Shown here in pieces: positions 51,227 to 60,714 of a DNA stretch of 64,000 bases. The first letter of the stretch is position 1, and every line of letters begins with the position of its first letter. Below the pieces are notes generated by a model that saw nothing but the letters and a program-made list of their open reading frames with translations, made no database searches and was not told the origin of the DNA. A program made the translations under genes and the position numbers. Source of the DNA: Pseudomonadota bacterium (GTDB lineage Bacteria > Pseudomonadota > Gammaproteobacteria > Burkholderiales > REEB80); the NCBI GenBank assembly GCA_028873515.1, contig JAGWIG010000008.1, positions 5,723-69,722 on the forward strand. The letters run 5' to 3'.

Positions 51227-52126
51227 TCAGGCTAGTTTCCGGTCGAGCAGCTGTTCAAGGATTCCAAGTGGGGTCTGGGCACGGCTGGTCTGTGCCGTAC
51301 TTGGTAAATGACAGGTTTGCTCAAATGCGAACTGTCCAGCCATGGCCGCATGGGAAACCTGATCGGTATACACTATCCAACTGCTGTGAGGAGGAAAGCT
51401 GAAGGAAACCTGGTGGGCACGGACCTGGTAGGCTTCATCGGCTTTCATGCTGTCATGCAGATGGAGCATGTAGTGATCGTAAGCAGTCCGGTAACCCCGG
51501 GTAATTCCCAGCTTTTGCATGAGCGAGGCGAGAATGGGTGAGGGTGCGTGAATATGGGGCAGAAACTGTTTTGCCACCTGCTCAAAAGGTTCTCCCAGCC
51601 GCCATTGCCGGCTTTGCCCGTTTGGATTGACATTGGTAAAGACACGAAGTATACGTGTGCCTCCAGTAGGGGAAGTCGGAAACGAGTCCACATGAAGCCG
51701 GCTATCATCCTTGCGGGGACTTAGGATACGCTGGCTGACTTCTGCAGGACGAAAGCTGGTCCGGGCGAGTTTCAGGTTTTCTCCGTAATGGGGGAAAAGC
51801 GCGCGTAGCAAGGTTTTGGTGGAGTCTGAGTAGCGTTCGATCATGCGGGCCAATTCAGCTTGATCCGCCATACTTCCCAGTGCCCCTTTAAGTTGTCTCG
51901 TTGTCTTGCTGAAACTGATATTCTTGGATTTTGGATCCGCCCACCCGGGATCAAGGAAACGGGTTTCGCCGGGTTCCAGGGCGAAATCAAGGTGGGGAAA
52001 ATACAGGGCTTGGCCTGATTCAAGGGCGCATAAAGCATCCTCGCATGCTGTTTCAGGGATGGGTTCGTCCCAGCACTGGATATCAAACGTTTTGATGACA
52101 TTTTCCGGCAGGGTTCCGTAGGCCAT
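51227..52126 (-). CDS. kdoO: Kdo hydroxylase KdoO-like Fe(II)/2-oxoglutarate dioxygenase
   Basis: LESGQALYFPHLDFALEPGE..LDP...DPKSKNISF and the HxD triad region (RLHVDSFPTSPTGGTRILRVFTNVNP) plus a distal His (QVSHAAM) match my recollection of the Kdo_hydroxy family. Confidence 0.72.
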   Translation of the reverse strand: MAYGTLPENVIKTFDIQCWDEPIPETACEDALCALESGQALYFPHLDFALEPGETRFLDPGWADPKSKNISFSKTTRQLKGALGSMADQAELARMIERYSDSTKTLLRALFPHYGENLKLARTSFRPAEVSQRILSPRKDDSRLHVDSFPTSPTGGTRILRVFTNVNPNGQSRQWRLGEPFEQVAKQFLPHIHAPSPILASLMQKLGITRGYRTAYDHYMLHLHDSMKADEAYQVRAHQVSFSFPPHSSWIVYTDQVSHAAMAGQFAFEQTCHLPSTAQTSRAQTPLGILEQLLDRKLA

Positions 52127-52322
52127 TTCGAAGCCTTTCTGTTTTAGTTCCTGACCAATTGTAGCGCTGCCTTAACCTGGTGCAAAGAACTGATGGAAAT
52201 TTGATTAAAACAGGCAGGCCTGGAGGATCTGGCTGGATTTGGCCACGATGGGAGTGCCGGGCCTCTGGCAGCAGAATCCGGAAGATGAGTGATGAAGCGG
52301 GTGTGATGGACCAGGGTTGCCT

Positions 52323-54101
52323 TCACGGGTTTTCTGCGACAGGTCTTGCAGCCACTACCCGGTTTTTCCCGGTATGCTTGGCCTCATACATCGCCTGATC
52401 GGCGCGTTCAATGGCAACTTCCTGGGGTTCCAGCGGATTAACGGTTGTGATGCCTGCACTGAAGGTGATAAGCATGCGTTCGTTGTTGTGCAGGAAAAAC
52501 TGCTTGGTCAGCTGGCGCTGTACCCGGGTGATGATTTTGATGCTTTCATTCAAGGGGGTATCAGTCAGGAGGATGACGAATTCTTCGCCTCCGTAACGTG
52601 CAATGATGTCACTGGGCCTCAAGACAGACTGCATGACTGAAACCAGATGCAGCAGGGCATCGTCTCCAACCTTGTGGCCATAAGTATCATTGAGTGCCTT
52701 GAAATTGTCGATATCGAGCATGGCAAGGCAGAGGGGAGAGCCATTTCTGGATGCGCGGGCTGACTCACGTTCAAACTCTGACGCCAGTCCCCGGCGGTTG
52801 AATGCGCTTGTAAGCTGATCTTCGCGAACCTTTTCACCGATATGTTCGAGCTCGGATTCAAGATTCCTGATCCGCTCATGGGCTTCATCAACCCGTTTTC
52901 TCATGTTTGAGAGATCTTCGTGGGAACGGACCATGTCAAGCTGGATGCCCCCGGTTTCATGCAATAGCTCATCAAGTAGATCATGAAGTTTACGAATGTC
53001 TTCAGTCTGGCGGATCTGCTTAGCGTACCGATCCAGCTTCTTGTGATGCTCACCGGTTGAGGTGGATAGCGAACCTAAACGTTCTATGAACATGGTAAGC
53101 ATGTTTTTCATGGTTGAACGGGCTTCATTCAGGCTATGTTTGAGCAGGCCCTGCTTGTAAATGATTTCGGTAATATTGCGTTCTGCATTCTCAATCAGTT
53201 CAAGATTGATGTGCTGATTGGTCAACGAGCGGAGCAGGACAAGCTGGCTTTTGAGCCACTGATCATCGGAGAGGAGCTCAGTGATGTTGTCGATGAGCAG
53301 TCTTAGCAGCCTAAGCAGGCCCTCCTGGACAGCCATGTGGGTCTGCTCTTCAATTGCGAGCCTCATCCAGAAGGACTTGAGTTTTGATTCCAGCTGCCTG
53401 AAGTCATTCATGCTTAGGCATAAGCTTGCGGTATCAGATAGTTGAAGGGCTGCTTCCTTGAGTTCCGGAGCATGTTCCAGTTGCTGTGCAAGGCCGTTTT
53501 TTATAATCTGCTGGACAAGTTTTGCACAGACTGCCATGTCTTCACTGTGCGCTTTGTCCATTTTGACCGCTGTTGCTTTGTCATGTTCTTCGGTAAACGT
53601 GAGGGATTGCTTGGTCAGGGGAATTTCTGACCAGTTCTGCAGCATGACATGAATATTGTTATAGAGTTCCAGGACGTTGTCTCCTGCCCCTTCAAAAGCT
53701 TTTTGCAGTTCTTCCGTCTTGTGTTTCTGGGTCAGACCTGCATGAGGGAGGGCCCAATGCTTTACCAGTTCGAGCAAGAGAGGAGGCCAGGGTTTATTAT
53801 CTGCCTGCAGGGCGGTTGCGCGAACGACCTCTCCCAAGGCCTGGCCTACTTCACGCCAGTGGTGTTCCTGGGCGAGTTTTTCCAGATTGGCGGCAATACG
53901 GGCCTGTTTCGTGCTGGCTTTCGGAAGGGCGTGAATGATATTCTGGATGGCCTGGTTTGGGGTAAAGCCGGTTTGGTCATTGCCCGCAACTTCATTGTAG
54001 ATGGAGAGATAGTTTTCCGGGGTGGGTACAAGTTTTCTTGCGGTTAGTAGCCTTAATGTCTCACGGGCAATTTCTGTGGGGCTGGCAGAAGCTTTCATCA
54101 T
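52323..54101 (-). CDS. Diguanylate cyclase (GGDEF) with a ~420-aa all-helical N-terminal region
   Basis: The C-terminal domain has LDIDNFKALNDTYGHKVGD, an RPSD I-site and RYGGEEF. The N-terminal region is coiled-coil-rich with no TM segment. Confidence 0.88.
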   Translation of the reverse strand: MMKASASPTEIARETLRLLTARKLVPTPENYLSIYNEVAGNDQTGFTPNQAIQNIIHALPKASTKQARIAANLEKLAQEHHWREVGQALGEVVRATALQADNKPWPPLLLELVKHWALPHAGLTQKHKTEELQKAFEGAGDNVLELYNNIHVMLQNWSEIPLTKQSLTFTEEHDKATAVKMDKAHSEDMAVCAKLVQQIIKNGLAQQLEHAPELKEAALQLSDTASLCLSMNDFRQLESKLKSFWMRLAIEEQTHMAVQEGLLRLLRLLIDNITELLSDDQWLKSQLVLLRSLTNQHINLELIENAERNITEIIYKQGLLKHSLNEARSTMKNMLTMFIERLGSLSTSTGEHHKKLDRYAKQIRQTEDIRKLHDLLDELLHETGGIQLDMVRSHEDLSNMRKRVDEAHERIRNLESELEHIGEKVREDQLTSAFNRRGLASEFERESARASRNGSPLCLAMLDIDNFKALNDTYGHKVGDDALLHLVSVMQSVLRPSDIIARYGGEEFVILLTDTPLNESIKIITRVQRQLTKQFFLHNNERMLITFSAGITTVNPLEPQEVAIERADQAMYEAKHTGKNRVVAARPVAENP

Positions 54102-54362
54102 CTTGTACGCCGAATTATGATTATTTATTATTTGTTGTCAGGTCAAAATCATTTCCGGCACAGTAAACCGGTACTGTTTGCAATTATTGCCGATTGTATT
54201 TTTAAAGGATGTCCCTCGCAAGTAAATTTTTGTTTGCAGGATGGGTTGAAGCCGGCAGGAGAAACATTATACATCCTGAGCTTACCGGCCGGATACGGAT
54301 AAATACTGACGATACATTGTTATCCTGCGTTGAAATTAGCCCTTTTTTTTATGAATTATGGC

Positions 54363-54389
54363 TCAAGTAAATAGTGCTGGTGCCGATAA
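54363..54389 (+). promoter_or_regulatory. Candidate sigma28 (FliA) promoter for the MCP gene
   Basis: TCAAGTAA-N11-GCCGATAA against the consensus TAAAGTTT-N11-GCCGATAA. The -10 is perfect and the -35 matches 5/8. It ends 45 nt upstream of the MCP ATG. Confidence 0.55.
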
Positions 54390-54433
54390 CGAATCAAAAC
54401 AATTAGAAAATTACCCAATAAGCGGAGAAGAGC

Positions 54434-56020
54434 ATGAAGGGATTATTCGCACCAGGCGTGGCATTGAATAACCGGCTAAGTTACAGTGGAAAATTCTGGC
54501 TGGTATCCTGTGTTATGGCTATACCGGCTGCAAGTGTCATAGCCATGCTGATCTGGGGTGGTTCATTAACCAATCTGGTGCGCTATGTAGTAGGAGGGAT
54601 TGCACTTGCCGGGGTGGTGCTGGATATCTATCTGCTGAGTTCGCTTTATCACGCGATATGCGAAACCATTGACACCTTCAAGGTTTCCATCATGCGGATG
54701 GCAAAGGGTGATTTATCTGCCCGGATCAAATTGTCCACTCGGGATGAGATGGTCCAGGTTGCCAATGGTTTCAATGAAATGGCACGGGAGATCCGTCGCA
54801 TGATCGCCAATGTTTCTTCCCATGCCATGACGGTTGCAGAAGCTGCCCATCAGTTCAGCGATCAGGCAGGCGAAGTGGCGAGGGGCTCTCAGGAACAAAG
54901 TCAGGCAGCGATGAGTACAGCAGCTAGTGTCGAGGAAATGGCGGCGAGCATCCATACTGTTGCCGATCATACTGCTGAGGCTGAAATTGTCTCGAATGAG
55001 ACCAGTGAAATTTCAAAGCATGGCGAAGGGGTGGTGCTGCAGGCTTCATCTGAAATGCACAGGCTTGATACATCGGTCAAGGAAACAGCAGTGCGGATCT
55101 CAGGCCTGGGTCAGCGTTCAAATGAAATTTCGGGAATTGTGAAAGTGATCCGTGATATTGCGGATCAAACCAATCTGCTGGCCCTGAATGCAGCGATTGA
55201 GGCTGCGCGTGCCGGAGAGCAGGGCAGGGGCTTTGCCGTGGTGGCTGATGAGGTGCGAAAACTGGCGGAACGTACAAGCAATGCCACATTGGAAATTGGC
55301 GAAATGATACTCTCCATCCAGAATGAAACCAAAACTGCCGTGGTCAGCATGGAGTCGGGAGCATCCCAAGTTCAGGCCGGGGTAGATCTGGCTCTGCAGG
55401 CTGGCGATTCCCTGAAGAGAATTAATGAGGGGTCGCAGAAGATGGTCGGGATGGTGCATGACATTGCTGCAGCCATCAAGGAGCAGAGTACGGCAAGTGA
55501 GGAAATTGCCAGCCATGTCATCCGGATCTCCCAGATGTCAGAAGAAAATTCAGGGTACGTGGACAAGATGCTTGCAGAAGCAAAACAACTTGACCAGATA
55601 GCCGAATCACTAAAAAAATCCATTAGCCAGTTTGTTGGTGGCACGGCCAATGAAGCCAAAAATTTTGTTGAAAAAGCTGTTCAGTATTACCATGCCCAAG
55701 GCCGTAACAAGGCGTTTTCGACCTTTAGTGATCCAACTGGAGAGTTTGTCCAGCGGGATATGTATATTTTTGTCTATAGCCTGGATGGACGGGTATTGGC
55801 GCACGGTGGCAATGCTTCGCTAATCGGGAAGGATATGCGTGATTCACGTGATGCCAACGGCAAGCTGTTCATTCAGGACCGCATTCAGATGGCCATGACC
55901 AAGGGTCTGGGCTGGCAGGACTACCAGTTTGTCAATCCGGATAGTGGCCAGGTTGAACAAAAGACGTCCTTCATACAAAAAGTTGATGATTTTGTTATTG
56001 GTTGTGGTGTCTACAAATAA
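54434..56020 (+). CDS. Methyl-accepting chemotaxis protein with hairpin membrane anchor, HAMP, MA domain and C-terminal Cache-like domain
   Basis: Two closely spaced TM segments are followed by HAMP ([18 protein letters not shown]) and the signalling hairpin ([40 protein letters not shown]). The last ~125 aa ([12 protein letters not shown]...[19 protein letters not shown]...[10 protein letters not shown]...) resemble a single-Cache_2 domain. Confidence 0.88.
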   Translation: MKGLFAPGVALNNRLSYSGKFWLVSCVMAIPAASVIAMLIWGGSLTNLVRYVVGGIALAGVVLDIYLLSSLYHAICETIDTFKVSIMRMAKGDLSARIKLSTRDEMVQVANGFNEMAREIRRMIANVSSHAMTVAEAAHQFSDQAGEVARGSQEQSQAAMSTAASVEEMAASIHTVADHTAEAEIVSNETSEISKHGEGVVLQASSEMHRLDTSVKETAVRISGLGQRSNEISGIVKVIRDIADQTNLLALNAAIEAARAGEQGRGFAVVADEVRKLAERTSNATLEIGEMILSIQNETKTAVVSMESGASQVQAGVDLALQAGDSLKRINEGSQKMVGMVHDIAAAIKEQSTASEEIASHVIRISQMSEENSGYVDKMLAEAKQLDQIAESLKKSISQFVGGTANEAKNFVEKAVQYYHAQGRNKAFSTFSDPTGEFVQRDMYIFVYSLDGRVLAHGGNASLIGKDMRDSRDANGKLFIQDRIQMAMTKGLGWQDYQFVNPDSGQVEQKTSFIQKVDDFVIGCGVYK

Positions 56021-56499
56021 GTGACTGAAGTCGGTTAAGGGTGGAGAAACCATGGATTTTCATGAGTTATCCACCCTGATTTTCATGGATGGGCCCAGGG
56101 ATTTCAGAATCAAGGATTGACTGGACAGGGTAAACGTCCTGGGCATTGCGATGACTCCTGTCTTTACACCTGGACCCTGGTGCTTCCCCCACAGAAAAAA
56201 TACGAGAAAACCACTTTAATTTACGCCATAACTATCCATCGCTGCATCTCTCGCGTACTTGAGGATTTCGTGAGCAGCACTCTTGTCAGCTTTATAAAAT
56301 CCCTCGCTGGAAATGTTAGGCGCCAGTCAGGTCATGATGGCAATATCTGGTTGGGCCAGGTAAAAAGCTGGTGGCTTTGCTCGAAATTACCAGGATTAGG
56401 CTTGATCCATAACAAATGACCAGAATGGTTTATCATTTAACCTGTCTGCACAGTGTATTGAAGTCAGCATATTCCATACCGTCACGCTGGGAGAAATGA

Positions 56500-59013
56500 A
56501 TGAACCCATACCCTGTCATTGATTCCAGGCAAGCTGAACATCTTGACCTACAGGATTTGTATCACCAGATGGATACTGGTTCACAAGGGCTTACAGATGA
56601 AGAAGCCCATCACAGAGCTCTATCCTACGGGCCTAACGCGTTAAAGGAAACAAAACATAGTCCCTTTCTCAGGTTTCTAGGCTACTTCTGGGGCCCTATT
56701 CCCTGGATGATAGAAATCGCTGCCATCCTGTCAGCCCTGGTTCGACATTGGGATGATTTCACCATTATTTGTGTCCTTCTCTTTTTTAATGCCGGGGTCG
56801 GATTCTGGCAGGAATACAAGGCTGCCAATGCTTTGGAAGCACTGAAAAAACAGCTGGCTCTCAAGGCCAGGGTTTTGAGGGATGGTATCTGGGCCGAAAT
56901 TGCAGCCCTGGAGCTGGTGCCAGGGGACATGATCCGTATCCGTCTGGGGGATATTATCCCTGCTGATCTGAAACTGGCTGAAGGGGAGTATCTTTCCATC
57001 GATCAATCTACGCTCACAGGCGAGTCCCTGCCGGTTAGCAAAAAGACTGGAGATGTGGCCTATTCGGGTTCTGTCGTCAAACAGGGTGAAATGCTCGCAC
57101 TGGTTATCTCTACGGGGGAAAAGACTTATTTTGGCCGAACGGCCGGATTGGTGGAGTCAGCAGGTAATGCCTCCCATTTCCAGAAGGCAGTCCTTTCCAT
57201 AGGGGATTACCTGATATACATGAGTTTGGGGCTTGTAGTGGTTTTGATGCTGGTGCAGCTCTTTCGTGGCGCGCCTCTTCTGGAACTGGTTCAGTTTGCC
57301 CTGATCCTGACGGTCGCATCCATACCCGTAGCCATGCCAGCTGTGCTTTCCGTGACTATGGCTGTTGGAGCCATGGCCTTATCACGCAAAAAAGCCATTG
57401 TTTCACGGCTTGAGGCAATTGAGGAAATGGCGGGAATTGATATTCTGTGTTCAGACAAAACGGGTACCCTTACACAAAACAGGCTGGCCCTGGGTAATCC
57501 AGTGGTATTCGAAGCAGAAAATGTTCAGGATCTCATTCTTGCCGCAGCGCTGGCTTCCAAGGAAGAAGATGCGGACCCAATTGATCTGGCCATTCTTGCT
57601 GCCCTGAATGGAAAGACTCTTTTGTCTGGGTATAACCAGACCCGTTTTGTGCCCTTTGATCCTGTTACCAAGCGGACCGAGGCACAAGTCACTGGCCCGG
57701 ATGGCATGAGTTTCCGTGTCAGCAAGGGGGCACCGCAGGTCATCGTTGCTCTTGCAGCGGTGGATAAAGCGCAGGCAGCAAGGGCGAACAGCGTTATTGA
57801 GGAATTCGCTGAAAAGGGATACCGGACCCTTGGTGTGGCACGAAGCATGGAAAAGGGGAAATGGGTCTTTCTGGGTATACTTCCCTTATCTGATCCTCCG
57901 CGTTCTGACTCCAGGGAAACCATAGCCCAGGCCCAGGCACATGGTATCAAGGTCAAGATGATTACTGGAGATGATGTGGCCATTGCCCGCGAAATTGCAG
58001 GCCAGATTGGGCTGGGCAGGGATATTCAGCCCGTGGTTGGCCTGTTTGACAAGGAAATGCCGGAACATCTTAGTGAATCAGCTGCCAGAAGCATCGAAAC
58101 TGCAGATGGCTTTGCCCAGGTTTTTCCTGAACACAAGTATGGGATTGTCAAGGCGCTTCAGGGGCGGGGCCATCTGGTTGCCATGACAGGAGATGGCGTA
58201 AACGATGCGCCTGCCCTGAAACAGGCCGATGTGGGTATTGCCGTATCCGGTGCGACTGATGCAGCGCGGGCAGCATCCGATCTGATTCTGACAGCCCCGG
58301 GGCTGTCTGTGATTGTCAATGCAGTGGAAGAAGCCCGCCGGATTTTCGAGCGCATGCATTCTTACGCGGTCTACCGCATTACGGAAACAATCCGCATCAT
58401 GGTGTTTGTGGTTGCCGCCATGATCGCTTTTGGTTTTTATCCTATCACTGCAGTCATGATTATTCTTTTGGCTTTCTTTAACGATGTACCCATCATGACA
58501 ATTGCCTATGACCATACGCGGGTTGATCCCGGGCCTGTCCGCTGGGATATGCCACTTGTTATCACGGTGGCTACGGTAATGGGGATTACGGGTACGGCTG
58601 GCAGTTTCCTGATGCTGTATCTGGCTTTGCACTGGCTGCATCTGAGCATTCCGAAAGTGCAGACCTACATCTTTCTTAAGATGGCTGTAGCAGGCCATCT
58701 GACCTTGTTCGTCTCTCGTTCCAGGGGATCCTATGTGAGCAAGCCTTACCCTGCACCAGTGATGATTTGGTCGGCAGTGGCTACCAAGGTGGCTGCGACA
58801 TTGCTGTGTGTTTATGGACTTGGGCTGGTTACACCCATTTCATGGGGCAAGGTTGCGCTGATCTGGGGTTATTCCATTACCTGGTCTTTTGTGACCGATT
58901 GGACAAAAATAGCTGTATATCGACATTGGGGGCTGGCCACGAGCCGTCATTACCGGTTTCTTGAAATCCTTCATCACCCTTTGCATCCGTATGGGGTTAT
59001 TCCTCCCAGATAG
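56500..59013 (+). CDS. P3A-type (plasma-membrane type) proton-translocating P-type ATPase
   Basis: 837 aa with GLTDEEAHHRALSYGPNALKE, TGES, CSDKTGTLTQN, MITGD and MTGDGVNDAPALKQADVGIAV. The TM6 FNDVPIMTIAYD aligns with plant AHA / fungal Pma1 LNDGTIMTISKD. Confidence 0.88.
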   Translation: MNPYPVIDSRQAEHLDLQDLYHQMDTGSQGLTDEEAHHRALSYGPNALKETKHSPFLRFLGYFWGPIPWMIEIAAILSALVRHWDDFTIICVLLFFNAGVGFWQEYKAANALEALKKQLALKARVLRDGIWAEIAALELVPGDMIRIRLGDIIPADLKLAEGEYLSIDQSTLTGESLPVSKKTGDVAYSGSVVKQGEMLALVISTGEKTYFGRTAGLVESAGNASHFQKAVLSIGDYLIYMSLGLVVVLMLVQLFRGAPLLELVQFALILTVASIPVAMPAVLSVTMAVGAMALSRKKAIVSRLEAIEEMAGIDILCSDKTGTLTQNRLALGNPVVFEAENVQDLILAAALASKEEDADPIDLAILAALNGKTLLSGYNQTRFVPFDPVTKRTEAQVTGPDGMSFRVSKGAPQVIVALAAVDKAQAARANSVIEEFAEKGYRTLGVARSMEKGKWVFLGILPLSDPPRSDSRETIAQAQAHGIKVKMITGDDVAIAREIAGQIGLGRDIQPVVGLFDKEMPEHLSESAARSIETADGFAQVFPEHKYGIVKALQGRGHLVAMTGDGVNDAPALKQADVGIAVSGATDAARAASDLILTAPGLSVIVNAVEEARRIFERMHSYAVYRITETIRIMVFVVAAMIAFGFYPITAVMIILLAFFNDVPIMTIAYDHTRVDPGPVRWDMPLVITVATVMGITGTAGSFLMLYLALHWLHLSIPKVQTYIFLKMAVAGHLTLFVSRSRGSYVSKPYPAPVMIWSAVATKVAATLLCVYGLGLVTPISWGKVALIWGYSITWSFVTDWTKIAVYRHWGLATSRHYRFLEILHHPLHPYGVIPPR

Positions 59014-59479
59014 CATGGGCTTTTCTGGACATGAAGCCTGCAAGCCGGGCTGGCGCCTTGGCTTGTCCAGAGTTCTTTTGCATGGATTGTTATCCTGCAT
59101 CCGGTATGGTCTGGCAGTGTCTGGGAAAACACCTTATTGTTTTCATAAAAACTTCTGATTGTTCATCATTAAAAAATTCCTATATTTTTATATCTCGTCA
59201 AAGCTGATTCGCACACTCTTATGGATAAATGCTGCGTAATGGAAAACGGTTGCTGCTGGCTCCCATCTGGACCCGGGGAATTTCCGCCAGAATGCCAGGG
59301 GTTGAAATGTTTTTTCATGGTGACCCGCCTGAGAATGTGTGTAGACGGAGAGGGAGCCGTGTCCGGGTTGCGATGCTGATAAAAGCTGTTTGGAGAATGA
59401 GACGATTTGATAGATGAATGATGCAGGGGTTGTGGTGATCTGCTCTGGCCATAACCCGATGACTCCATAAAGGATAGAC

Positions 59480-60388
59480 ATGAAAAACGCGAGTTACGGC
59501 AGTGAATTTATCCGGGATATCCGGGCCAATGAAATCCTAACCCTGATTGGGGTGCATGATGTGTTTTCAGCGAGTATTGCTGGACGATATGGCCATATAT
59601 TTGTGAGTGGCTTTGGTTTTGCGGCAAGTCATTACGGATTGCCTGATATCGGTTTCATTGCCTGGCCTGACATGGTTGATTTTGTCCGGCGCATTCGCAA
59701 TATCTTGCCCAGACACCATATTCTCGTTGATATTGATGATGGGTACTGTGATCCAGCCGTTGCCGTTCAGGTCGTCAAGCAGATGGAGGCGGTTGGAGCT
59801 TCAGCGGTCAAGCTTGAAGATCAGAAGCGCCCCAGAAAATGCGGGCACTTTGATGGCAAGGAAATCCTGGAACTGCCCGAATACCTCGACAAGCTTCAAC
59901 AGGTTCTGCAAGCGCGTAAAGAAATGCTGGTCATTGCCCGGACCGATGCAGTGGAAAAGAATGAAATTCTTCGCAGGGTGGCGGCCTTTGCCCGTACTGA
60001 TGCTGATATTATCCTGGCCGATGGAATGAAAGACCTGGGGTTGCTCAAGGAACTTAAGTCTGCGGCCCAGGGCAAGCCCTTGCTTTTCAATCAGATCGCA
60101 GGCGGGAAATCTCCCGCTGTGACGGTTGAGGAACTGGGAAAGGCAGGGGTTTCAGTCGTCATATTCAGTACTCCATGCCTGTTTGCGTCCCAGGCTGCCA
60201 TTCTCAGCGCCTTGCGTGGTATTCACGCCGCGAAAGGCCGGCTTGCTACATCCCGGGAAACAGGAGACGAATTCGTGGGAGTAAGCCAGTGTACATCCTT
60301 GTTAATGGATAATCTCAAGGGTGTGGCCCCTCCTGAAAGAGAAATGTTCGGCAATCCAGGCATGACGTCAGCCATTTATGCTGCCTGA
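59480..60388 (+). CDS. Isocitrate lyase / PEP mutase superfamily enzyme (methylisocitrate lyase / carboxy-PEP mutase-like)
   Basis: HDVFSA, VDIDDGYCD, KLEDQKRPRKCGHFDGKEI (catalytic loop) and VIARTDA. 302 aa. Substrate not assignable. Confidence 0.8.
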   Translation: MKNASYGSEFIRDIRANEILTLIGVHDVFSASIAGRYGHIFVSGFGFAASHYGLPDIGFIAWPDMVDFVRRIRNILPRHHILVDIDDGYCDPAVAVQVVKQMEAVGASAVKLEDQKRPRKCGHFDGKEILELPEYLDKLQQVLQARKEMLVIARTDAVEKNEILRRVAAFARTDADIILADGMKDLGLLKELKSAAQGKPLLFNQIAGGKSPAVTVEELGKAGVSVVIFSTPCLFASQAAILSALRGIHAAKGRLATSRETGDEFVGVSQCTSLLMDNLKGVAPPEREMFGNPGMTSAIYAA

Positions 60389-60464
60389 AAAGTCAAAATC
60401 CCCTATCGTTCCCATCTGATAGCCCCATCAGGACGGAACGACGCCCCCCGGCGCGGGAGTGCTG

Positions 60465-60505
60465 GCCGGTCACTGGAAGAAATTCCGGTGTCCGGCTTTT
60501 TTTTT
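60465..60505 (+). terminator. Rho-independent terminator after the PEP-mutase-family gene
   Basis: GCCGGTCAC(60465-60473)/GTGTCCGGC(60488-60496) form a 9-bp stem with one mismatch, followed by a T9 run. Confidence 0.65.
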
Positions 60506-60564
60506 GTATTTGTCCCGTCTAGAAAAGCTCAGGATTGAGTGGACAAAACAGTTCAAAACAGGAC

Positions 60565-60593
60565 TTGAATGTATCTTGAACTCTGGTTAGTAT
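60565..60593 (+). promoter_or_regulatory. Candidate sigma70 promoter of the fluoride-riboswitch/crcB transcript
   Basis: TTGAAT (60565-60570), a 17-nt spacer, then TAGTAT (60588-60593). The aptamer begins a few nt downstream. Confidence 0.5.
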
Positions 60594-60595
60594 AG

Positions 60596-60650
60596 GGACC
60601 AGGAGATGGCATTCCTCCTTATAACCGCATACCGCTGATGATGCCTGCTT
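60596..60650 (+). promoter_or_regulatory. Fluoride riboswitch (crcB RNA motif)
   Basis: GGACCAGGAGAUGGCAUUCCUCCUUAUAACCGCAUACCGCUGAUGAUGCCUGC carries the conserved GGnGAUGGnnUUCnnCC...AACCGC...CUGAUGAUGCCU blocks. The GGCAU/AUGCC pseudoknot pairing is present. It lies directly upstream of crcB. Confidence 0.85.
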
Positions 60651-60681
60651 GATCCCGTTTCGGGGAAGCAGGTTTTTGTTT
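60645..60681 (+). terminator. Riboswitch expression-platform terminator
   Basis: CTGCTT..CCCG / CGGG.AAGCAG hairpin followed by GTTTTTGTTT. Its 5' arm overlaps the 3' end of the aptamer, as in transcriptional ON-switch fluoride riboswitches. Confidence 0.65.
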
Positions 60682-60714
60682 GACCTCTCCCCCGAAATTT
60701 TTATGGGGAATATC

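Noticed and set aside
56117-56419. A 100-aa plus-strand ORF, and minus-strand fragments (e.g. ...NISSEGFYKADKSAAHEILKYARDAAMDSYGVN*) upstream of the H+-ATPase gene
   Set aside because: The minus-strand pieces look protein-like but are broken by stops or frameshifts and have no start codon. I cannot assign a family. They may be a decayed gene remnant, but that is unproven.
59169-59481. ORFs in the 466-bp leader of the PEP-mutase-family gene, and complementary segments GGCTCCC(59258)/GGGAGCC(59352) and ACCCGG(59271)/CCGGGT(59363) that could form a pseudoknot
   Set aside because: The ORFs are Arg/Ser-rich and unsupported. The pairings are short enough to arise by chance, and I recognise no known riboswitch motif. 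Covariation analysis would be needed before calling this a structured RNA.
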